Shown here: in pieces, positions 57,345 through 64,000 of the stretch
Position numbering within the stretch: position 1 is the first letter of the stretch
Layout: each line of letters starts with the position of its first letter
Source: Candidatus Marinacidobacterium sp.
Lineage (GTDB): Bacteria > Acidobacteriota > Vicinamibacteria > Marinacidobacterales > Marinacidobacteraceae
Direction of reading: 5' to 3'
Length of the DNA: 64,000 bases
Assembly: GCA_965220965.1 (NCBI GenBank)
Contig: CBDCRI010000001.1
Span: 160,001 to 224,000 of the forward strand
Notes under the pieces: generated by a model
Database searches by the model: none
The model's input: only the letters and a program-made list of their open reading frames with translations
Told to the model about the DNA's origin: nothing
Position numbers and translations under genes: made by a program

Positions 57345-57404
57345 CCCGTCCCAGCCCGCGGACAGCCATGCCATCGCCCGCCCGCGGGCGAAGACGCCCT
57401 GCGG
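57345..57404 (-). pseudogene. fragment of a hipA paralogue
   Basis: PQGVFARGRAMAWLSAGWDG versus PEGVFARGKAMAWLSAGWDG at 26160-26219 (18/20 aa). Confidence 0.7.
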
Positions 57405-58041
57405 ACGCCCGGCGCCGAGCCGCGCGCGGGCCTTTGCGTCTATGATTGCCCGAGCGTTGAGCGCCGCTCGGCACCGGGCCCCTGAGGCGCCCCCGGAAGA
57501 GGCCCGCGTCGCAGGGGCCTGCACGCTCGGCCGTCCCGCCGCCCGGCCGCCGAACCGGACGGGACCGCCGACGTCCTGGCCGCCCCCTCGTTCACCGGGT
57601 TGGCGGCCATTTCGAGCTGGACCACCGACCCTGCAGCGCCACGGCGTGCCGCCACGATCCCGATCGGCGCCGCGCGCTCCAGCCGCCCCGCCCGTCCGCC
57701 TTTCCGAACCCGCCCGGACTGCGCTTGCGTCGAACCGCCTCGGGGCGCGTCCGACTGCAACCGCCCTTTCTAGAAAAATCACCCAACGCACTGATCCGAT
57801 TCCCTTTTCTTGAGGGCGGCCATCGCCGGCTCACATGCCTGAAGGCATGTTCCACAACGGCTTTCGGCCAGCGGAATCCGGCATCGCCCCCTCCGCCTCC
57901 TTCGGTGCGGGCGCCTGCGTCCTCCCCTTTCGGGAACGCACGCAGCAGCCCGCTCCAGCAAATGCCAGTAGCACAATCAGCACGCTTGCCGCCGCCCCGC
58001 CTGCTGATTATGCTACTGGCAAGGTTGCGCGGAGGGGGCGC

Positions 58042-58695
58042 GTGGGCAGGAAAATAAGCGGGCGGCGGCAAGGCGATGCGGGCGATGGCCCCCGCCGGCT
58101 CACCGTTCCGGCGCTGTACCGCGCCTTCCCGGACGAAAGCGCCTGCCGCCGATGGCTGGAGGGCGTTCGATGGGCCGGGCGGGCCGCCTGCCCGCGCTGC
58201 GGCGGCGAGGCCGCCGGCCGCAAGCCGCCGGCGTCCAAGCCCGGGCACCATTGGTGCGGGCGCTGCCGCAAGCACTTCACGGTCTCCAGCGGCACGTTCC
58301 TGCATGGGTCCAAGGTGCCGATGCAGGACTGGCTTTACGCCGTGCACGGGGCCTTGGCGGCCGACGGGGGCGTGTCCGCCCGGCAGCTTGCCGAGGACCT
58401 CGGGCGCCAGCCGAGGACCGCCCTGCGCATGCTGCGGCGCCTCGGCGCGGCCGCCGCTCAAGCCGCTTGGCCGACGGGCGCCGACGCCCGCCCCGCCCCG
58501 CTCCCGGGCGCCGGGCGGGCGCTGGCGGGAAGCCGGCCCGCGGGGACCACTTGGCCAGAATTCGAGGACTTCGTGCGGCGGGCCCTCGCCGTTCCGGCGG
58601 GCGGCCTGCCTAGGAGCGAGAACCGGGAGCCCACCGCGGCACAGATCGACCGGCGCTTCAGCTTCCGGGCGGGCCGCGGCGAAGGGGACGCTTGA
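58042..58695 (+). mobile_element. IS1595-family transposase derivative (Zn ribbon plus HTH, no DDE domain)
   Basis: FPDESACRRWLEGVRW..CPRCG...WCGRCRKHFTV..GT.LHGSKVP..DW, GVSARQL; the ORF ends without the DDE core. Confidence 0.72.
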
Positions 58696-58964
58696 AGGCC
58701 GGCCAGCGCTCCCGCTCCCGGCCCCGGACGGCCGCCCCGCGCCAGCCCGGCGGCGGCCCGGCCGATGGCGGCATGCCGTGTTGGCGGCGTGCCGCCATGC
58801 CGTGGCGCACACAGGACGATAGCGCGGCTTTGCGGCGCCGCGGCGGAGAGGCACTGAGGCGCACGCCCTGCCTCGCGGCCGCCGGCCAGGCCAAGCCGTT
58901 GAGGCCCCAGAAAAAAGTCATGGTATAATACAAATGAAGTCAAGGCGGCAGGGAGCGGGCAGGA

Positions 58965-59969
58965 ATGGAAGAGAAGTCGAGGGCGGTATCGGATGGGTCT
59001 CTCTGGGATCATGCGCTTTTCTGGGGTTTGGTGATTTTGGTGGTGGGCGTTTTAGCAGCAATGGCTGCCCTGATTGCCGAGGACCTTGAGGAGTGGTCGG
59101 AAACAGCGCGCCTGCTGGAGCGCAGGGAGGCGTTTCCCTACGCCGTGGCTCCCCCTCCGTTGGCCATCGTCGCCATCCCCGTGCAAGTCCCGGGCGCCCT
59201 TGGAGAGGCGCCTCCGCCTGGCGGCGAGCTCCCCTCCTTGGCGGACGTCAAGTCGAGTGCGGAAAAGGCGTGGCCGCTGCCGGAGGTGACGGTGCGCCGG
59301 CACGGCGCCACGCTGTCGCTCACCGAAATCGACCCGGGGCAAGGGCTCTCGGCTTGGGACGCCGCGCTTGGAGAGCTCGCGGTCTTGCGCACCTCGGAGA
59401 GCACGGGGACGCCCACCGAGCTGTGGGTCGGCTACGTTGACTGGCCGGAAGGATCCGCGGCCGCCGCTGCGGGCTGCAGCCGGAGCTATGCCGGGACGCC
59501 GTTTGGAAAGAAGCTTTTCAACGACTCCCTTGAGGGCGTGTGGTCCCCGTACAGCGTCGTCCTGGTCAGCGCCGCGCCGGGTTGCGCGTCCTTTCTGGCC
59601 GCAGAGGTGCGCAGGATTTACGACCTGCCCGCCGAAGCGGAGGGCAAGGCCTTGCTTCTGGGGGGACTGCAGGGGGCAGGCGGGGCGTTCAGGCTGACGC
59701 ACAGCCGCCTTGTCGACAGGGATCCAACGCGGGTCCCGTGTTCTTCGCAGCACCCTGGAGACCACAAGCTCATCGTCGACGTCCCGAGCCAAGGCCTCAG
59801 GGCGGAGCGGCCCTTGGCCATCGTGCGGAAGGCCGCTGGCCACGATGCCGGCCTCGGCGGCTTCTGGCTTGACCTCGTTCCGATGACGGCGCAGGCCCAC
59901 CCCACGCAGGTCAGGATCGTCGATGCGGCGGGCAGAACCGTCCTGCAGGAGTGGCTGTTCCGGGAATGA
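58965..59969 (+). CDS. membrane-anchored hypothetical protein
   Basis: N-terminal TM helix (LFWGLVILVVGVLAAMAALI); ATGGTATAATACA promoter at 58920. Confidence 0.72.
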   Translation: MEEKSRAVSDGSLWDHALFWGLVILVVGVLAAMAALIAEDLEEWSETARLLERREAFPYAVAPPPLAIVAIPVQVPGALGEAPPPGGELPSLADVKSSAEKAWPLPEVTVRRHGATLSLTEIDPGQGLSAWDAALGELAVLRTSESTGTPTELWVGYVDWPEGSAAAAAGCSRSYAGTPFGKKLFNDSLEGVWSPYSVVLVSAAPGCASFLAAEVRRIYDLPAEAEGKALLLGGLQGAGGAFRLTHSRLVDRDPTRVPCSSQHPGDHKLIVDVPSQGLRAERPLAIVRKAAGHDAGLGGFWLDLVPMTAQAHPTQVRIVDAAGRTVLQEWLFRE

Positions 59970-60142
59970 CACCCCCTTGGCCGGCGGAGCGGCCGAGGTA
60001 GCCTCCCCACCGCAGGGCGGGGCGCCCGGCCCGCACGCCGTCCGAATCCTTCCGGCGCGGGCCCCGCGCCTCCCTTCCCGGACCCGGGCGCCGGCAGGCC
60101 GTGGCGACGCATTGCCGGCGTGACGCGGCCCCGGCTGCGGGG

Positions 60143-60970
60143 CTATTCCGTGACGGCGTCCTGCGGCAGCGCGCATTGCTCCAGCCCGGCCGCGGCTGCG
60201 GGTCGAGCCGCGGCATTGCCGCCCAGCAGCAGGCGCCTCAGGGCGCCGGCCCTGGCCGGCGTGTCGAACGAGAGCGCCCTCACCGCGGCGAGCCCATCCC
60301 GCACGCCGCTTTCGCCGTGCGCGTCGATGCAGCTCGCCATGGCCGCGAGGCCTTGCATCGCGGGGCCGTCGTCGCGGGCGTCAGCCGTGGCCCCCGCGGC
60401 CACCATGCGCGAGTAGACGGCCGCCGCGTGGCGCAGCAGCTGCCGGTTGCGCTGCGACAGCGGATTGGCCTCGAGGATGGCGATCTCGATGTCGTCGCGC
60501 ACCCGGTCACGGTCCGCGTCGACGCCGAACAGGCCCTGGCCCGGGCTTTCGGGCTTGGGCGGCAGCCGGTCGGAGTCGAGCTCGCGAAGGGTGAGCGCAT
60601 GGGCGGCCTCGGAGGCCGCCCCGTAGGAGTCGGCCACGCGCAGGCTGACGACGGCGCGGACGTCGGCGGCCAGCTCCCCAACGCTCAGCACGGCGGTCTC
60701 GCCCACGGAGGAGAGCGCCACGTCCGCGCCCTGCGGCCCGTCCAGCGCCATGCTCCAGCCATGGGACACGACGCGGCCGTCCGGGTCCGACGACAGCGTC
60801 CCGTCTAGGACGTATTCGGCCCGCTCGTGGGGATTCCCGGGGACCGAGAAGGCGGCCACCGGCGGCGCGTTGCGGGCCGGGCCGCCGCAGGCGGCCAGCC
60901 CGAGGGCGAGGAGGCCCGCCGCCAGGCCACGGAGGGGAAGGCTGATGCCGACGGCCGTGGACCGAGCCAT
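60143..60970 (-). CDS. lipoprotein with PKD/Ig-like domain
   Basis: LAAC lipobox; NAPPVA...LDGTLSSDPDG...W...LRVAD.YG; GVDADRDRVRDD. Confidence 0.75.
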   Translation of the reverse strand: MARSTAVGISLPLRGLAAGLLALGLAACGGPARNAPPVAAFSVPGNPHERAEYVLDGTLSSDPDGRVVSHGWSMALDGPQGADVALSSVGETAVLSVGELAADVRAVVSLRVADSYGAASEAAHALTLRELDSDRLPPKPESPGQGLFGVDADRDRVRDDIEIAILEANPLSQRNRQLLRHAAAVYSRMVAAGATADARDDGPAMQGLAAMASCIDAHGESGVRDGLAAVRALSFDTPARAGALRRLLLGGNAAARPAAAAGLEQCALPQDAVTE

Positions 60971-61004
60971 TGTCTCCCTGGGCGATTCCGAGTCGCGGGG
61001 CACT

Positions 61005-62378
61005 CTACCAGAACAGGCGGTGGGCGGCCTCGGGCCTCCCCTGCCCCAGCAGCCCGCGCACGCGCTCCACGGCCCCGCCCGGCGCCTCGCAGCCGGCGCA
61101 GGCCTCGACCAGCTCGCTGCCCGCCACGCCCTCCAGGGGGAAGGACTCCGCCAGCCGACCCAAGGCCCACAGGCCCGAGCAGAGCACGTCGAGCAGGGCC
61201 TCCAAGGCGCCGTCGAGCTGCTCCAGGGCGATGAGGCCATGGGTCCAGAGGTCCTCGACGCCGTGGGAGGCCGCGCCGCCGGCCGCGAAGGTGCGGCGGC
61301 CGAACGCCATGCGGGCCCGCTCGCAGGACGCCGCCATCACCTTCGGCAGCTGGATCAGCCCCAGCGGCGCGGCGGCCGTGGCGCCGTCGCGGGGCACGCC
61401 CGGGGCGCGGCCGCTCAGCAGGTGCCCGGTCCAGCCCTGCTGCGCCCACATGAGGAACAGGGCGGCCTCGACGACGGCCCCCGTCCTGATCGACAGCGTC
61501 GGCGCGAGGAAGCTCGCCTGGGAGAGCGGCAACGGCCGTCCCGTCTCCACCAGCGGGTTGCCGGACGGCTTGAACAGCAGGTAGCCGACCTCGGCCAGGA
61601 AGTCCTCCACGGCGCAGCACCACGCCTCCAGCACCTGCGGCATGGCGCGCATCGACACCGGGTCCTGCGTCCCGCCCTTCCGCCCCGTTGCGCGCCCGCG
61701 GACGTGGCGCACGGCCTCCAGCGCCCATGCCCGCTCCGCCGTGGCGGCGAAGTGCAGGTTGGAGTCGTTGGCCCGCGCGGCCGCGTGGTGCAGGGCCGCC
61801 GCCTCGACGGCCAGCGCCGAGGCGCTGCGCAGCTTCGGCGCCATGGCGGCGGCGAGGCCGACGTGGACGAAGCTGCCGTTGACCATGGCCATCGCCTCCC
61901 CCGGGCGGAGCGCGTCGGCGCCCTCCCCGTCCAGCGCCTGCAGAACCGACCTCGCCCAGTGGGCCGCAGGCACCACGTCGCCGCAGGAGTAGCTGGCCCC
62001 CCGGGGCACCAGGGGCCTGAAGCCGTCGCGGACCACCAGCCGCGCCACGGCCCGGAACAGGTCCGGGGAGACGCCGGAAAGCCCGGCGGACCAGGCGTGC
62101 AGCTTCGCGTAGCCGACGCAGCGCGCGGCGCGGGGGCCGTGCCAGGGCGGCGAGGCGATGGCGTGGGAGCGCAGGATCTCCTCCGCGACGCCATCCGGAT
62201 CGGCCACCGGCTCTGCGTCGCGGTGGCCGGGCAGCGTGTTGGCGCCGTAGACCCGCACGGCCGGGTCCTCCACCATCGCCCGCAGGTGGCGGTGCTCGGC
62301 GTCAAGCCGCTTCGCGGCCGCGGCCCAGAGGGGCGGCGCCGTGCGGGCCTCGACGTGCCGCAGGAACTCCGCGAGCAT
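61005..62378 (-). CDS. aromatic amino acid ammonia-lyase (HAL/PAL) family protein
   Basis: VYGANT, ILRSHA, PRGASYSCGDVVPAAH, EAMAMVNG, QDPVSMRAMPQV, GNPLV and SHGVED. Confidence 0.85.
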   Translation of the reverse strand: MLAEFLRHVEARTAPPLWAAAAKRLDAEHRHLRAMVEDPAVRVYGANTLPGHRDAEPVADPDGVAEEILRSHAIASPPWHGPRAARCVGYAKLHAWSAGLSGVSPDLFRAVARLVVRDGFRPLVPRGASYSCGDVVPAAHWARSVLQALDGEGADALRPGEAMAMVNGSFVHVGLAAAMAPKLRSASALAVEAAALHHAAARANDSNLHFAATAERAWALEAVRHVRGRATGRKGGTQDPVSMRAMPQVLEAWCCAVEDFLAEVGYLLFKPSGNPLVETGRPLPLSQASFLAPTLSIRTGAVVEAALFLMWAQQGWTGHLLSGRAPGVPRDGATAAAPLGLIQLPKVMAASCERARMAFGRRTFAAGGAASHGVEDLWTHGLIALEQLDGALEALLDVLCSGLWALGRLAESFPLEGVAGSELVEACAGCEAPGGAVERVRGLLGQGRPEAAHRLFW

Positions 62379-62435
62379 GCCTACCGAGCGCACGGGCGCT
62401 CCCGGTCGGCGGCGCGCCGTCGGGCGCGGAATTGC

Positions 62436-62452
62436 GGGGGGGGGGGGGGGGG
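62436..62452. repeat. G17 homopolymer upstream of the ammonia-lyase gene
   Basis: 17 consecutive G. Confidence 0.85.
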
Positions 62453-62733
62453 TAGGCAGCGCCAAGCGGGACGCGGCGGGCCTGCACGGGCGCCGGGCCG
62501 TCGACGGATCCCATCGGGCGGTCGACGGCGCCGCCCGTTCGCCGGCCGCGGGCGGCCACGCCCGGGGCGGCTTCAACGGCTGTTGCATTCAGCGGGCGGC
62601 CCGGCAAGGGGAGCGTCAGCATTCGCTGGAGGTCAAGTCGCGCGTCGCGCGTGGCCGACCATGATACAACGGTCGCCCGACCGCCCGCGCCCGGGCTCAT
62701 GGCATAATGCCAAAAACGGCAGGAGGATCGTCG

Positions 62734-63417
62734 ATGGGCTCCAATCGGCCTACCGGCAAGCAGGAGGGCGGAAGCGGCCAGCAAGCGGAGCCGTCCGAAT
62801 CGCGTCGCCGGATGCAAGCGTGGATTGAGGCGGCTGCTGAGCGCCCTTTGATGGCGTTTTTCAAGGTTCTGGCCGCAGCGTCCTTTGTGTTCTGGGGAGT
62901 GGTCGCCTACGAGGAGCTCTGGGCGCCGCGCTGGATGCTCATGCAGGACGGCTCCGGCGGTGAGTTCCTCGCCCTGCGCCAGCCGCACCGTTGCGAGCTG
63001 CCGGAAGCGGCCATCGAACAGAAGCGCTGGGGGATGCTCTTCGCCGACTTCGGCGCCAGCCTTGCCTATTTTGGCGAGGCGCAATGGCGGGAGGGAGGGG
63101 ACCGGATCGGCCGCATCAGCCGAGTGGCCGCCGACCAAGGCCACCTCTGGCTGGCCACCTGGTGGGATCCCCGCGAGGGGCGGGCGGCCTCCGGCCTCTT
63201 CCAGCCCAGCGACTGGACAGTGCCCGGCCCCGCTCCCGTCGCATTGCTCGGCAGCGGGACGGGCGCGGCGGGCGAAGGGTCCGCCGAGGATGTAGAGCGC
63301 CTGCGCGCCCACCAAGCGGAGACGCTCCGCATCGGCCGGCAGGCCGTCCAGCCGCCGGTTTCCTGCGAAGGGGCGCTTCGCCTTGCGGCGCGGCTGCGGG
63401 ACCTGCCCGGTCCGTAG
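62734..63417 (+). CDS. single-TM hypothetical protein
   Basis: ATGGCATAAT box, AGGAGG RBS; TM segment FFKVLAAASFVFWGVVAY. Confidence 0.65.
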   Translation: MGSNRPTGKQEGGSGQQAEPSESRRRMQAWIEAAAERPLMAFFKVLAAASFVFWGVVAYEELWAPRWMLMQDGSGGEFLALRQPHRCELPEAAIEQKRWGMLFADFGASLAYFGEAQWREGGDRIGRISRVAADQGHLWLATWWDPREGRAASGLFQPSDWTVPGPAPVALLGSGTGAAGEGSAEDVERLRAHQAETLRIGRQAVQPPVSCEGALRLAARLRDLPGP

Positions 63418-63551
63418 GCCGGGGCGCAACGCGGGCCGTCGGCCGCGGACGGCCGTTCCGACCCATGGGGGCGCCCGCCCCCCGCCCCTCGCCCGACCTT
63501 GGTTTATGGTATAATACAGGTAACACCAAAGGCGGCCGCCAAGGAGGGCCA

Positions 63552-63767
63552 ATGGGCGTGAACGGGGCGACGGACAGGCAGGTGCGCTACGCCATGCGCC
63601 TGCTGGCGGAGGCGGGCTACTCCACGAGATACATGAATGCCAAGTTCAAGGATCTCGGCGCCACCATGCGGGAGCGCAGCGGCAGCGTCGAGGACTGGGT
63701 GGCCGGCATGAACCGGCAGGAGGCCTCGGCCCTGATCGAGAGGCTTCTGGCGCAGGAGCCGCGATGA
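63552..63767 (+). CDS. small hypothetical protein (ATxxQ...EASxLI motif)
   Basis: ATGGTATAATACA promoter at 63506 and AAGGAGG RBS; ATDRQVRY...MNRQEASALIERL. Confidence 0.7.
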   Translation: MGVNGATDRQVRYAMRLLAEAGYSTRYMNAKFKDLGATMRERSGSVEDWVAGMNRQEASALIERLLAQEPR

Positions 63768-64000
63768 AGTCCTTCGCCTTCATCGACCGTAAGGGCGGCT
63801 TCCTCTTGGGCCATGCGGAGGCCGAGAGCCCGGAGATCGGCGCGCTGGTGCTGATGCGGGACATCGATGGGGACCGCGGGCAAACGGCGCAGGCCGTGGC
63901 GGACGTGCGCCTCGCGCGCGGAAAGGACGCCTTCGACGTCTACGAGGTGCCGCGCGGCCTGGAACTCCCCGACGCCCAGGCTGACGCGGAGGCCTCGATG
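63764..64000 (+). CDS. hypothetical protein, 3' truncated by window edge
   Basis: ATGA overlap with the previous stop, AGGAG RBS; MKSFAFIDRKGGFLLG... open to the end. Confidence 0.6.
   Translation, partial: MKSFAFIDRKGGFLLGHAEAESPEIGALVLMRDIDGDRGQTAQAVADVRLARGKDAFDVYEVPRGLELPDAQADAEASM

Noticed and set aside
1-64000. Prophage, rRNA genes or clear rho-independent terminators
   Set aside because: No capsid, terminase or tail genes and no rRNA-like sequence. GC hairpins are common but lack convincing U-tracts.

Overview
Very GC-rich window (roughly 70-75% by eye) that reads as accessory or mobile DNA (large plasmid, ICE or other giant element) rather than core chromosome. It contains the 3' end of a cas6e with no cas1/cas2 behind it, two type I-E-like CRISPR arrays (9 and 14 repeats) and a two-repeat mini-array. 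The repeats keep the Cas6 hairpin stem but vary in loop and flanks, and some spacer units are duplicated and diverged. There are nine paralogues of an acidic G-x-G-D-x-G (DUF6878-like) family, most with their own promoter, and a shortened RF1-like release factor interrupted by an in-frame TGA at the position of a usual Trp. Also present: an Rnl2/DRB0094-type RNA ligase, three orphan DNA methyltransferases, a Cre-like recombinase, many toxin-antitoxin genes and relics (three PIN-like pairs, AbiEii, Fic, HipA, BrnA and HepT fragments), and DNA-metabolism genes (ExoI, RecJ, primase-polymerase-like, class II RNR, SLOG, HD, PAPS-reductase-like). Surface and host-interaction genes include a type IV pilin plus prepilin peptidase, a thrombospondin-like Cys-rich secreted protein, a PliI lysozyme inhibitor and large lipoproteins. 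Many unrelated proteins end in short Pro-rich tails. All family calls come from motif recognition by eye and were not confirmed by database search. Several start codons were moved from the ORF track using RBS and promoter evidence.
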